This document shows positions 39,979 to 50,634 of a DNA stretch of 64,000 bases, one piece after another. The DNA lies in the NCBI GenBank assembly GCA_963706575.1, contig CAVPNL010000006.1, positions 352,001-416,000 of the forward strand, in the 5' to 3' direction. The notes below the pieces were generated by a model. The model was not told the DNA's origin, did no database searches, and saw only the letters and a program-made list of their open reading frames with translations. The stretch's first letter is position 1. Each line of letters opens with the position of its first letter. The position numbers and the translations under genes were made by a program. The DNA is from an uncultured delta proteobacterium. Its GTDB lineage: Bacteria > Desulfobacterota > Desulfobacteria > Desulfobacterales > JAHEIW01.

Positions 39979-42845
39979 TTTTATTAATTCTCCAGGAGGC
40001 TTCAGGGAAGCCGCACTTGGTTCCAGGCGTAACGGTTACTACAGACGTTTTTGTTCCAGCTGAATGATCTGGGGGGTCAGAAAGATCAGCAATTCTTTTT
40101 TCTCATCGGTGTCCCTCGCATTTTTAAACAGCCAGCCCAGGACGCCCAATTTGCGTAATCCCGGAGTGCCCCTTTCAGTCCAGGCAAGGGTGGATTTTAA
40201 GATGCCGCCAATCACAATCGTATCGCCGTCATCCACTAAGATCTCGGTATTGGCCTCGTTGGTAGCCAGGGCCGGTGGAACGATATCCGGGTCCACCAGG
40301 TCATTTTTGGTAACCAAAATCGACATCCTAATGCGGTTGTCCGGGCTGACCGTCGGGGTGACCTCGAGCAGCAAATCTACATCTTTAAATTTTATCGTGG
40401 CGTTACCGGAGTCATCGCGCTCCAGATAGGGTATTTCAAAACCCTGCATTATCTTGGCCTTTTTGTTGTTCAGGGTGACAACTCGGGGCGAGGATATGAT
40501 GTTGATTTTGTCTTCGACTTCTTCGGCGGTCAGCCAAGCTTCCGTAATTTGGAACCTGGTTCCGCTGGTTTTAAAGAGGTTAAATTGAATTGCGCCGGCT
40601 GGGGTCGCACCGGCGGGTCTGTTCGAAGTGATAAATTGGGTGGGACCGGCTTTCCAGCTGCTCGTGTAGGGAACATCAATTGGGCCGTGATCCAACCCGC
40701 CGCCGAACCCTATATACCCCCAGTCGAAGCCGATTTCTCTTGTAAAACTGGTGTTGGCTTCAATAACGCGGGCCTCGATAATGACCTGGGGCGTAACTTT
40801 ATCGATCTTTTGCACAATCTGCTTGGCCTGTTGAATTTTTACGGCCGTATCCGTGATGATGACCTGGTTGTTGCGGGTATCCACATTGGCCTTGCCGCGG
40901 CCCTCGGTCAGGATGGCCTGCACATGCGGCAGCACCTCGGTGGTGGCATTGGAATAGCTTATCGGTAGGTATTCGGTATACAGCGGCTCGAGCGCTACGG
41001 CCTGCTTTTGAGCCTGCTCGGACGCTTTTAACTGGGCCTGTATGAGTTTTTCTTCCTGGGCCAGCGTGGCCAGGGTGGCAATCCGGATGATATCGCCTTC
41101 CATGGTCATGCCAAGCTGGTTCATTTTCAACACCAGGTCCAGGACCTGGTCCCAGGGCACCGGTGTTTCGAAATTCAGGGTGACCTTGCCGCTGACATTT
41201 TTGTCGATCGCAAAACTCTTACCGCTGATTTCTCTCAGGAGACGGAAGAGATTTCTGATATCGGTATCGTAAAAATCAAAAGCGATTTTTTCCCCGGTGT
41301 ATTCTTTTCCCTGCATCTGGGCCGCCAAACGCTCTTCAGCGGTTTGGGCTTCGGCTGCTTTTTGAACCGGCAACTTGTCCCCCGCCTTTTCCGCCGGCGC
41401 TTGGGCCCGGGCGATTTTGTCTTTTTCGGCTTTCTCCGCAGGCGCTACAGCCGCCTCGGCCAGAACTTTTTTCCACTCCGGCAGATCGGCATCTTCGTAC
41501 GGCTTCGGAGGGATGGAAGAAGCCGCAAAGTTGACCCGCAACTCAGTGTCATCTTGTTTGATGGTATAGGCAACCGCTTCACGCAGTTCGATAGTGAACA
41601 GCGAATCGCCTTTCATTTCGGCAGTCTGGATCGGCGTTACCCGGTCCACCGCGCTTTCAAAGCGGGTGGTGATCAGGGCCCGCTTGCGATATTCGGGCAG
41701 GCTGGTATTAAACAGCTTCAGTTGCAGCCGCTTGGCAGCCACTTTTTTAAGATCATATTTGATCGCAACCGTGGTGCCGATGATCAGTGATGATTTGCCG
41801 GCTTCCTCACTTGAAAAATCAATGCGATTCACCCAGGCCGGCTTTCCCGATACAGCCACGGTGGTCTTAGCGGGTGTGGTTTTCGGTGCTTGTTTTGCGG
41901 CTGCCGCGGGTTTGGAAGGTTTTTGCGCCACCGTCTCTTTTTCTTTTTCGCTGACGGCTGCCTTGGGACTTTGCTGCGTAGGTGTTTGCGGCACTTTGCC
42001 GATATGAATCATCAACCCGTTGGCCGTGGGTGAAGCCGAATATTTTGCCAGAGACGCTTTGGAAGTATCGAGCACCAGCCGAACTTTTTGCGGATAACCA
42101 AAATGGCGAACCTGGTTGACCCAAGGAGATTTAACCGCCAGGCGCTGCTCTTTTTTAAACGGGCTTTTAAGCTTGAACATGTCAATTACAATGCGGGGCT
42201 GATTGCCGTCTATGGTAAAGGATTTATAATCTTTGATGGCCCCATCGGCCTTAACATTGACGACCACGTTGTCTTTTAATGGTGTGGCCGTAACCGATTT
42301 TAATTGACTGGCGGCCGGAAGATCTTTTACAGACGGCTGCGGTGCAGGTTGAGGTTCAGGTAATTTTTTTACCACCGGCGCCGGGGGTGCGGCTGCGCTG
42401 GCAGCGGCTTTTGGAAATGACACCTGCAGTCCTGAATCCTGAGGATTGAGGTCATAGGGCGCATCGGCTTTCATTGCAATGAAAATGCGCGAGGTGGTCG
42501 ATTCGCCTTCGACAAGTTCGGTAGCTTTTACCGAACCGATGATTTCATTTTGCGGCGGCGTCGCTACGGTCTCATCGGTGGCCAGGGAGGTTTGCGGGAA
42601 ATGAAACAGCACACCCATGGGAAACACCTGTTTAATCGCCGTATAGGTTAACGTTTGGTTTCCATCGATGGTGACAATCACCGAATCAGCGGTCACCTCG
42701 GTGCTAATGCCGGTAATGCGCTTGGCCCCCGCGGCTTTTCCATCGGCAGCCTTGTTGGAGGCGCATCCGCCAAACCATGCCATTACTGCAAACAGCAAAA
42801 TGATCAGTAAGAAAAATCTTCGTCGAATGGTAAGTGGATTCATCA
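38414..42845. repeat. Direct repeat of 1564 bp (38414-39977 and 41282-42845), offset 2868
   Basis: No differences found by eye; the ORF track gives identical translations of both copies in several frames. Confidence 0.9.
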
Positions 42846-42846
42846 C
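40039..42846 (-). CDS. pilQ: Type IV pilus secretin, upstream copy
   Basis: Same motifs as the downstream copy; directly follows pilP; GTG start. Confidence 0.93.
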   Translation of the reverse strand: MMNPLTIRRRFFLLIILLFAVMAWFGGCASNKAADGKAAGAKRITGISTEVTADSVIVTIDGNQTLTYTAIKQVFPMGVLFHFPQTSLATDETVATPPQNEIIGSVKATELVEGESTTSRIFIAMKADAPYDLNPQDSGLQVSFPKAAASAAAPPAPVVKKLPEPQPAPQPSVKDLPAASQLKSVTATPLKDNVVVNVKADGAIKDYKSFTIDGNQPRIVIDMFKLKSPFKKEQRLAVKSPWVNQVRHFGYPQKVRLVLDTSKASLAKYSASPTANGLMIHIGKVPQTPTQQSPKAAVSEKEKETVAQKPSKPAAAAKQAPKTTPAKTTVAVSGKPAWVNRIDFSSEEAGKSSLIIGTTVAIKYDLKKVAAKRLQLKLFNTSLPEYRKRALITTRFESAVDRVTPIQTAEMKGDSLFTIELREAVAYTIKQDDTELRVNFAASSIPPKPYEDADLPEWKKVLAEAAVAPAEKAEKDKIARAQAPAEKAGDKLPVQKAAEAQTAEERLAAQMQGKEYTGEKIAFDFYDTDIRNLFRLLREISGKSFAIDKNVSGKVTLNFETPVPWDQVLDLVLKMNQLGMTMEGDIIRIATLATLAQEEKLIQAQLKASEQAQKQAVALEPLYTEYLPISYSNATTEVLPHVQAILTEGRGKANVDTRNNQVIITDTAVKIQQAKQIVQKIDKVTPQVIIEARVIEANTSFTREIGFDWGYIGFGGGLDHGPIDVPYTSSWKAGPTQFITSNRPAGATPAGAIQFNLFKTSGTRFQITEAWLTAEEVEDKINIISSPRVVTLNNKKAKIMQGFEIPYLERDDSGNATIKFKDVDLLLEVTPTVSPDNRIRMSILVTKNDLVDPDIVPPALATNEANTEILVDDGDTIVIGGILKSTLAWTERGTPGLRKLGVLGWLFKNARDTDEKKELLIFLTPQIIQLEQKRL

Positions 42847-42847
42847 C

Positions 42848-43672
42848 TTAAAATTCTCCAGGAGGCTTCGGAAGTTTTATTTCTTTGTTTCTAAGGGAAA
42901 CATTGCCGAGAACATCCTCAATTTCTTCTGCGACAACAACTTTATCTTTTTCGATTTTGACGACTTTACCAGCGTTGGTACCCACATAAGTGCCGTTTTT
43001 GATCACATAGCCCTTGCCACTGGATTCCTCGACGAGGGCCCGGTTGCCGCTCGAAGCCACAATAATCCCTACCAGTTTAAGCTGGCTGAGATCAATTCTT
43101 TCCAGGGGCGTCCGGGGTACTCGCTTTTTGCGCTTTTTCTTGACCAGGGCAACGCTCGGCTTGTCCCTGAACAGGGGTTCGAAGGGGTCGATTTTGTCTT
43201 TGGGGTTATAAATCGGCCGCTCCTGTGGTGAAGATTTGGCAATTGCCGTTTGTGCTGTGGATGGCGTTGCCGGCTTGTCGGATGCGGTTTTATCGCCGAC
43301 CGTGCGGGGTTTCGCTGCCCGGGTGACGGAAATATCGGATTTGGGATTTAGCGGTGGTTTGGGTTTGGTCGTTTTTCCGGTCTTCACCGCAGGCGGTGCT
43401 GATTTTTTTGCCAGCACCGGCGTTTGGGAAGCGGGCGTCTGCTCGCCGGGACCCGACGGTTTGGCTGCCGGTTCAGATTTAGGCAGGGGTTGGGACCTTT
43501 TGACGGTTTGCGCCTTCGGCGCAGGGGCCTTTTGATCCGTTCGTTCACGGATCTTTTTGCGCACGACCTTTGGGGTTGCCGGCTCGCTGGCCGGCTGGTC
43601 ACATCCCAGCAGAACAATAAAAAAACAAATCAAACATGCCAAGTTACAGATGATAATCAAATTTTTTTTCAT
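42848..43672 (-). CDS. pilP: Type IV pilus lipoprotein PilP
   Basis: LLGC lipobox, long P/A/K linker, DPFEP, TPLERIDLSQLKLVGI. Confidence 0.9.
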   Translation of the reverse strand: MKKNLIIICNLACLICFFIVLLGCDQPASEPATPKVVRKKIRERTDQKAPAPKAQTVKRSQPLPKSEPAAKPSGPGEQTPASQTPVLAKKSAPPAVKTGKTTKPKPPLNPKSDISVTRAAKPRTVGDKTASDKPATPSTAQTAIAKSSPQERPIYNPKDKIDPFEPLFRDKPSVALVKKKRKKRVPRTPLERIDLSQLKLVGIIVASSGNRALVEESSGKGYVIKNGTYVGTNAGKVVKIEKDKVVVAEEIEDVLGNVSLRNKEIKLPKPPGEF

Positions 43673-43726
43673 GATGTTTCAGCTAATTTTTGAGAAGGAT
43701 GTTAATTTGTTAGTCGGGTTTTTACA

Positions 43727-44353
43727 TCACTTCTTCTTTTTCTTCTTTTTCTTTTCTGGGGGAGCGGGCTCCACAAATTTGTAAGTTACGGCTGTGCATG
43801 ACGTATTGAGATCCATACTATCTTTATCCCGGCCCATTTCAATATTTTTGATGTTGACGATTCGGGATAGGCGGGCGACTTTATCAAAGAAAATGGCCAG
43901 ATCGTGATAGCCCCCTTTGACCTTCATGGCCACAGGGATTTCAGCGTAAAATTCCTTTCTGACCTCTGACTTGGGTTCAAATAACAAAAATTCCAGACCG
44001 ACATCCTGGCCGGATCTTGAGATACTGGTTAAAAGGGAGGGAATCTCCTCTTTTTCCGGCAGTGCTCGCATCGCAGTTTTAAACTGCATCTCGGCTTCCT
44101 GCATCTTTTTCTGAAATTTTTCCAAATCCGCCGCATTTTTCTTGGCCACAACTAATTTTTGTTCAAGCTCTTTCAGCCGGCTATTGAGGCTGCTGATTTG
44201 TTCTAATTTCGGCTTATATAGAAGAAATACAAAAATGGCGATAAGCGCGATGAAGACACCTGAGAAAATCAGGATCCTTTGGACTTTGGACAATTCTTCA
44301 ATCTTGGCGAAAAAGGAGTCAACGCCTTTAGCAGTACCGATATTTGAATTCAT
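43727..44353 (-). CDS. pilO: Type IV pilus protein PilO
   Basis: LPEKEEIPSLL, FYAEIPV, GGYHDLAIFFDKVARLSRIV. Confidence 0.93.
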   Translation of the reverse strand: MNSNIGTAKGVDSFFAKIEELSKVQRILIFSGVFIALIAIFVFLLYKPKLEQISSLNSRLKELEQKLVVAKKNAADLEKFQKKMQEAEMQFKTAMRALPEKEEIPSLLTSISRSGQDVGLEFLLFEPKSEVRKEFYAEIPVAMKVKGGYHDLAIFFDKVARLSRIVNIKNIEMGRDKDSMDLNTSCTAVTYKFVEPAPPEKKKKKKKK

Positions 44354-44949
44354 TATGCTTTGACCTTCTTAGACTTGTTTTTCTTTGGGGGTTGTTCCGG
44401 TTGTTGCGGTGGTACTTTGGTGCAAACGATATCAAAGCTTTTCAGATTGGAGCTCTCAACTTTTTGGCGTTTTACGGATTTAAGCATTACATTGCTAAAC
44501 AGACCGCTATCTTGAAGTCGAACCATAAAATCCGCCACAGTTTTTTCGTCCAGGGCAATGCCGCTAATGTTTATCGTGTTGTCAGACAACGACAAAGAGG
44601 TAAACCACATCCGCTTGGACACCAGCACCTGTGTCATGGTATCCATTAAAATTACCGGCGCATAACGGTCCGATTCCAGCTGTGCGATGACCGTCATTTT
44701 TTTCCGGAGAATTTCAAGGTTATTTTTGATGCGGGCAATTTCTTTATTTATTTCATTGTATTTTGTTAGCTCGTTGTTGGTCGTTTCAATCCTTTTATTT
44801 AGTTTTCCGATTTTAGAATTCAGACTGAAATTATAGTAAAACAAGACCAGTAACACCAAAACCAATGAAAGCAAGAACAGTGACACCTGACGGCGTACGT
44901 TTTCTTTTTTGCGTTCTGTTCGAAAAGGAAGCAGGTTAATTCGTATCAT
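44353..44949 (-). CDS. pilN: Type IV pilus protein PilN
   Basis: MIRINLLP, TM helix, coiled coil. Confidence 0.93.
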   Translation of the reverse strand: MIRINLLPFRTERKKENVRRQVSLFLLSLVLVLLVLFYYNFSLNSKIGKLNKRIETTNNELTKYNEINKEIARIKNNLEILRKKMTVIAQLESDRYAPVILMDTMTQVLVSKRMWFTSLSLSDNTINISGIALDEKTVADFMVRLQDSGLFSNVMLKSVKRQKVESSNLKSFDIVCTKVPPQQPEQPPKKNKSKKVKA

Positions 44950-46001
44950 TTGTCATTCACTTTTCTCATTGCCAGCCCCGTCGTGATTGCTGCCTGGGGG
45001 CCAATCTGTTTGATAAATTCCGGATCATTGCGACTGTCATCAACATAGATATTTCTAAACGGATTAATGGTTTCAACTTCGGCAGATGCTTCCACTGCCA
45101 GTAATTCACGAAATTCGGTGATATTGGCGCCGCCACCGCTCAAAATGATGCGTTTTATCTGATCATCCGGATAAGTGGAATAAAAGAAATCCAGGGCGCG
45201 CCGAATTTCAGTGCACCAGTCGGCAACCACTGATGAAAAGATTCCTTTTAAATCTTCGGCAGACAGGCGGTCCGAACCCTGACCGAATTTAAGCTGTTCA
45301 GCCTCGTCATTTGAGCAGTCTATCAATGAAATGATTTTTTGGTTGATCTGCATGCAGCCCAGAGAAACGTCACGCATAAATACGGAGTTGTTGCCTTTGA
45401 GGATATTCAATGATGTTTTACTGGCACCGATATCGATCAGGGCAACATTGACACCCTCAGTGTCGTAATTGGCCTCAAAAGTATTTTGCAGGGCAAATGC
45501 CTCTACATCCACGATACAGGGATTAAGACCGGCTAGACTTGCCAGATTGATATAATCATTGACCATTTCTTTTTTTGCGGCCACCAGAAACACATCCATC
45601 TGATTCGCATTGGTTTCGTTTTGTCCTAAAATTTGAAAATCAAGATTGACATCACTGATGTCAAACGGAATATATTGTTCCGCTTCGAAATGAATGGTTT
45701 CTTGAAGTTGCTCTTCGTCCATGGTCTGGACAGCAATTTTTTTGACAATTACCGAGTAGCCGCCGATGGATATGGCAACGTTGCGCTCACTAATATTGTA
45801 AGCTTTAAAAAGCTGACGAATTGAATCGGCGACCGACTCCGGATCGTTGATGGTTCCATCTTCGATGGCGCCGTGGGGAATTTCAGTCATGCCGAATCGT
45901 TTTAGCTCGCGGCCACGTTTGGACTCTGAGATTTCAGCTGCTTTTAGCGTCTTGGATCCAATGTCCAGGCCGACCAGCGTTTCCTTTTTACCAAATATCA
46001 T
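44946..46001 (-). CDS. pilM: Type IV pilus protein PilM
   Basis: VGLDIGS, EAEQYIPF, LIDIGA, LSGGGA. Confidence 0.95.
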   Translation of the reverse strand: MIFGKKETLVGLDIGSKTLKAAEISESKRGRELKRFGMTEIPHGAIEDGTINDPESVADSIRQLFKAYNISERNVAISIGGYSVIVKKIAVQTMDEEQLQETIHFEAEQYIPFDISDVNLDFQILGQNETNANQMDVFLVAAKKEMVNDYINLASLAGLNPCIVDVEAFALQNTFEANYDTEGVNVALIDIGASKTSLNILKGNNSVFMRDVSLGCMQINQKIISLIDCSNDEAEQLKFGQGSDRLSAEDLKGIFSSVVADWCTEIRRALDFFYSTYPDDQIKRIILSGGGANITEFRELLAVEASAEVETINPFRNIYVDDSRNDPEFIKQIGPQAAITTGLAMRKVNDK

Positions 46002-46009
46002 GAGTGCTC

Positions 46010-46210
46010 TTAGTCCTTAAATATTTTATCTTTTTCGGTTAATTTCAGGCCCAGCGCCAAAAGAATTTTGCGTTTGGTTTCCATCCGACACGGCATGCCC
46101 TTTTCTATACGGGCGATCGTAATGGGTGAAACACGAGCTTCTCTGGCGAGTTCTGCTTTGCTCATTAATAATGACTCTCTGGTTTCTTTTACACGATTGT
46201 TGCTGGCCAT
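46010..46210 (-). CDS. Small XRE-family HTH protein heading the pilM operon
   Basis: MSKAELAREARVSPITIARIEKG. Confidence 0.85.
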   Translation of the reverse strand: MASNNRVKETRESLLMSKAELAREARVSPITIARIEKGMPCRMETKRKILLALGLKLTEKDKIFKD

Positions 46211-46552
46211 GGGTCAGGGTTTTCCTATGTTGGAATACAGGTTTTAATTGCTGCGATAGTCATCTAAATCGGATTCAATGATAAATTGACAGTAATTATA
46301 TAAATTTTTACACAAAATTATATTAGAGTCAAGGTAATTATATGTAAATTATATATAATTACAATTAGTTACTCTATATTGTGGCATAATTTATTTTAAT
46401 TACAATATCTGGTAGTGGAATCCGTTAAAGATAGTCTGAAAATGCTAGAGAATTTGCTGCGCTTTCTTTAACCCTTTTTTCTGACCCACATTCCTCCTTT
46501 TATGCTGTTTTAGTTTAACATGGGATTGTGTTCCATGTTGCAATCAGTTCGA

Positions 46553-46568
46553 TGCAAGTATTGCGCCA
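46553..46568 (-). promoter_or_regulatory. Candidate sigma-54 promoter facing the HTH-pilMNOPQQ operon
   Basis: Minus strand TGGCGC-AATAC-TTGCA (GG-N10-GC). Confidence 0.55.
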
Positions 46569-46809
46569 ATACATATAGATAAATAGACCGATCGCAAATA
46601 TATTTATTATCTTATAAATATAGTAACTTATATAAACTGCTGGGAGGTACCTCACAAAAGGAGTGTCCAGGGTGGGTGGTTTTTTGACACTGCAGGGAAA
46701 AATTTTACCCATTCAGCGTCAATTTTTTGTAAAACGGCGTGAAATAATTTATAACTTAATTGAAAAAAGCTTTAACTTGACTTTAAAAATTAGTATTCTG
46801 ATTCAAACA

Positions 46810-48270
46810 ATGGATTCCAAACTGACAGAAGATAAAATCAAGCCGTTTCGCCTCGTCAAGTATTTTGCGTATGCCGGACTGGTCGTCATTTTCCTGGTGA
46901 CCCTCATTCTTTCGGTACTCAATACGCACTGGGTTAAATCCATGCAGCGCAAGAAAAGCGAGGACTACGCCCATGTGATGATCGAAAATTTGAACCATCA
47001 AATTTTTTTACAATTTATTATACCGGTGGGATTGATGTTCAATAAAATCCAATTGAGCAATCGGAAGCAGTTTGAACGTATGGACAATGTTGTGCGCAAC
47101 ACGATGCATAGCTTTAAGGCTGAAACCGTCAATATTTACAGCCTGGACAATGAGGTTTCTTATAGTTTTGATCAATATCTGATCGGCCGCAAAAATTACG
47201 GTGGTACGGGATATTTACAGGCAAAGTCGGGCAATTGGAATTCTAGGCTGGTTCAAAGAGGAAATTTCTTGCAGATTCTAATGGGTTTTCCCAAAGAGGT
47301 TCGCCTGATCACTTTTGCGCCCCTGCGATGGGAACCGCAGCTGGGGAAAATAACGGGACCGGTTCTGGGTGTTGTGGAAATTGTGCAGGATATATCTGAA
47401 GATTATAAAATCATTTTTCAGATTCAGATTCTGGTAATCATCACCTGTACCGTGCTGATGGGGGCGCTTTTTGCAGTACTGGTGTTTGTCGTTAAAAGGG
47501 GCGAAGGCATTATTCAAAAGCGCGCAATGGAGAGGCTACGGCTCAAAGAGCGTCTGGCTCATGCGGAGCGCCTTTCATCGCTGGGCGAAATGGCTGCCGG
47601 TATTTCCCATGAGATCCGAAATCCTCTGGGCATTATTCGAAGTTCAGCCGAACTATTGAAGAAAAAAATTGCCGAAATCGATCCGCAAAACACCTTTCCC
47701 GATATTATTGTCGAGGAAGCGAGCCGCTTAAACAGGATCATTACGGATTTTATCAATTACGCAAAACCCAGGAGTCCCAATATAGCCCTTTGCCGGGTGG
47801 AAGAAGTTGTTGATAAGAACATTACCTTCCTTGAAGTTCAGAATAAAGAGCAGGGTTATGTGATTAAAAAAAATTTTCAAAATCATCTGCCGGAGATTAT
47901 GGCCGATTCAGCAATGCTGTATCAGTCGTTTCTAAATATTCTGATAAACGCCATGCAGTCGATGCCCGATGGCGGCAGAATCCTGGTTGAGATTAGTTCC
48001 AACGATCGTTGGATAACCGTGCACTTTGATGATGAAGGTCAGGGGATTCCATCCGAAAATCTGGATAAAATCTGGGATCCATTTTTTACAACCAAGGAGC
48101 AAGGTACGGGCCTCGGATTGGGAATTGTAAAAAACGTTGTTGAATCCCACGGCGGCAGTATCCAAATTGTCAATCGACCCGTTCGCGGAACACGGGTGAC
48201 CATCGAATTGCCGATTAAACCGAAAACCAATGGTAAAGATGAGGATAGTGCGGAGACCGCGGCTGTTTAG
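46810..48270 (+). CDS. Two-component sensor histidine kinase
   Basis: Two TM helices; GISHEIRNPL, PFFTTK, GTGLGL; start taken at MDSKL. Confidence 0.9.
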   Translation: MDSKLTEDKIKPFRLVKYFAYAGLVVIFLVTLILSVLNTHWVKSMQRKKSEDYAHVMIENLNHQIFLQFIIPVGLMFNKIQLSNRKQFERMDNVVRNTMHSFKAETVNIYSLDNEVSYSFDQYLIGRKNYGGTGYLQAKSGNWNSRLVQRGNFLQILMGFPKEVRLITFAPLRWEPQLGKITGPVLGVVEIVQDISEDYKIIFQIQILVIITCTVLMGALFAVLVFVVKRGEGIIQKRAMERLRLKERLAHAERLSSLGEMAAGISHEIRNPLGIIRSSAELLKKKIAEIDPQNTFPDIIVEEASRLNRIITDFINYAKPRSPNIALCRVEEVVDKNITFLEVQNKEQGYVIKKNFQNHLPEIMADSAMLYQSFLNILINAMQSMPDGGRILVEISSNDRWITVHFDDEGQGIPSENLDKIWDPFFTTKEQGTGLGLGIVKNVVESHGGSIQIVNRPVRGTRVTIELPIKPKTNGKDEDSAETAAV

Positions 48271-48422
48271 AAGTGGCTTCAAAACCCCATCTAAGGCTCA
48301 ATGGCTGCGTTATCCCGCAAATTGAAATACTCACGTACTTACGTGTACGCTCGGAAACACGAATTTCAATTCGCGGGACGCCTTGCCCTTGAACCTGATC
48401 TGAAGTTTTGAAACCACTTCTA
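48268..48422. mobile_element. MITE-like element family A, long copy
   Basis: TIRs tagaagtggcttcaaaac / gttttgaaaccacttcta; reverse-complement match to 59272-59362. Confidence 0.8.
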
Positions 48423-48507
48423 GTGAATTAAAGATGGACCCCGCGCCCATATGTAATCAATAAATTGGGTAAACTTTTAATACATGAATAGATAGAGCTA
48501 AATCACC

Positions 48508-49881
48508 ATGGAAACAATTCTCATTGTGGATGACGAAAAAAATTATCTGACCATTTTAAGCGCACTGCTGGAAGATGAGGGCTTTGAAGTCTTGACAGCC
48601 CCAGGTGGATCCGAAGCGCTTGAAGTTCACAAATCATCTGATCTGGATCTCATTCTTACCGATATGAAGATGCCCAAGATGGACGGCATTGAATTGCTTG
48701 AGAATATTAAAGAAAACGATCCGGATCTGCCGGTTATCATGATGACGGCTCACGGTACAGTGGATAAAGCCGTCGAGGCCATGCAAAAAGGGGCCTACAC
48801 CTATGTCTTGAAACCCTTCGACAATGAACGATTGATTATTTATGTAAAAAAGGCCACCTCCATGTATCAGGTGGTCAAAGAAAACCGGCGCTTACGTGAT
48901 GCGGTGGAATCTCAATATCGTTTCGGCAACATTATCGGCAAAAGCAAAAAGATGCGGGATATCTTTGATACCATTCAGAAAGTCGCTCCCTCCGGTGCCA
49001 CGGTTTTAATTGAAGGCGAAAGCGGCACGGGCAAAGAGCTGGTTGCCCGGTCGATTCATTTTAACGGTCCCAGACGCGAAAAACCTTTTGTGGCCGTAAA
49101 CTGTTCAGCCCTTGCGGAAAATTTGCTGGAAAGCGAACTTTTCGGTCATGAGAAAGGTGCATTTACCGGTGCAGTGGCGACAAAGAAGGGCCGTTTTGAA
49201 TTGGCTGACTGCGGAACGCTTTTTTTAGATGAAATCGGAGAATTGTCGCCGAATTTGCAGGTTAAGCTGCTGCGGGTACTTCAGGAAAAAGTATTCGAAC
49301 GGGTGGGGGGGGTCAGAACCATATCGGTGGATATCCGTATTCTTGCCGCGACCAACAAAAATTTGCAGCAAGAAATGCAGGATGGCCGATTCCGTGAGGA
49401 CCTTTATTACCGGTTAAATGTCGTTCATATTGTTTTGCCGCCCCTGAAGGAGCGTCAGGAAGATATTCGCCTTTTGGTGAACCATTTTATTAAAAAATAT
49501 GCTTCCGAACGCCAATCCGCGGCCCCGGTTACCGGCGTCGACCAGGAAGTGGATCGACTTTTTTATGACTACAATTGGCCGGGGAATATCCGTGAACTGG
49601 AAAATGTAATCGAGCGGGTGATGATCCTTTGCCCGGGCGAGATCATGCGGGTGTCGGATCTTCCCAAGGGATTTAAGGATAATGTATACAACACATTACA
49701 CCTTGAGGGCATACCGGCGGACGCTAAGCTTTACGATACCCTGGCTATGATTGAAAAATCCTTGATTGAACGGGCTTTGAAAATGTCCAATAATGTCCAA
49801 TCCCACGCTGCGGCTCTGCTGGGGATTGGTAAAAGCGGCCTGAATCAGAAAATAAAAAAATATAATCTGGAAGTAGGCTAA
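48508..49881 (+). CDS. Sigma-54-dependent response regulator (NtrC/PilR family)
   Basis: REC domain, [27 protein letters not shown]. Confidence 0.92.
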   Translation: METILIVDDEKNYLTILSALLEDEGFEVLTAPGGSEALEVHKSSDLDLILTDMKMPKMDGIELLENIKENDPDLPVIMMTAHGTVDKAVEAMQKGAYTYVLKPFDNERLIIYVKKATSMYQVVKENRRLRDAVESQYRFGNIIGKSKKMRDIFDTIQKVAPSGATVLIEGESGTGKELVARSIHFNGPRREKPFVAVNCSALAENLLESELFGHEKGAFTGAVATKKGRFELADCGTLFLDEIGELSPNLQVKLLRVLQEKVFERVGGVRTISVDIRILAATNKNLQQEMQDGRFREDLYYRLNVVHIVLPPLKERQEDIRLLVNHFIKKYASERQSAAPVTGVDQEVDRLFYDYNWPGNIRELENVIERVMILCPGEIMRVSDLPKGFKDNVYNTLHLEGIPADAKLYDTLAMIEKSLIERALKMSNNVQSHAAALLGIGKSGLNQKIKKYNLEVG

Positions 49882-49918
49882 TAAAATAAACGCTATCTTT
49901 GTATCTTGATGATGCGGT

Positions 49919-50614
49919 TTATTCTTTTAATGCGCTTAATTCTTCTTCTACCATGTCAAAATAGATGGAGTCCGGATGGTTGTTCAGAATCTCCTGAAGC
50001 GTTTTTTGACTTTTTGCGGCCTCTCCCAATTTTTCATACATCAAACCCAGGTTAAAAAGGGCTTCCTCACGAATGGACGAATCTGGTGCTGATGCGGCTT
50101 TTTCAAAATAAGCGGTAGCATTTTGTCCATCTTCAACACTCTGATAGGCATGCCCCAGATTGCTTAAAATCATATTATAGACGAATTTATCATCTTTAAA
50201 GTCGTTGAGCGACTGTTTATAAAGCGCGATGGCCTTCTCATACTGCCGGGCATCGTAGCTGATATTGGCATAAATAACCCGGGCCAGTTTGCCACCGGCG
50301 TTGCCGCCATATTTTTTTATAATGCTTTGAAATGCTTCCGATACCTGGCTGTAGGCCGCAGTCTCCGACGAGGTCGTTATCAGCGTGTCGTATTTCGATT
50401 GGGTTTGCCCCAATAGGGTAAACGCTTTTGTTTCTGCGCGTTGTGCGAAAAACCGGTACCCAAAGAAGATTAGAGCAACTGCCACAATCGTGTATAGCAG
50501 GTAGGAAATCTGTTTTTGATACCCGGTAACAAAGGTAATCGCTTTACCGGTAAAAGTTATAAATTCATCCGGTTCTTTTAACAGTTGCTTCCGGGTTTTT
50601 TTCTTTGTTGCCAT
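49919..50614 (-). CDS. Membrane-anchored TPR protein (YfgM-like)
   Basis: LKEPDEF N-terminus, one TM helix, TPR repeats. Confidence 0.75.
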   Translation of the reverse strand: MATKKKTRKQLLKEPDEFITFTGKAITFVTGYQKQISYLLYTIVAVALIFFGYRFFAQRAETKAFTLLGQTQSKYDTLITTSSETAAYSQVSEAFQSIIKKYGGNAGGKLARVIYANISYDARQYEKAIALYKQSLNDFKDDKFVYNMILSNLGHAYQSVEDGQNATAYFEKAASAPDSSIREEALFNLGLMYEKLGEAAKSQKTLQEILNNHPDSIYFDMVEEELSALKE

Positions 50615-50634
50615 TTAACCTCCCTGCTCAATAT

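Noticed and set aside
46468..46491. MWVRKKG* as a remnant prepilin leader
   Set aside because: RBS spacing is only 1-2 nt and no FTLIE-like sequence follows; probably coincidence
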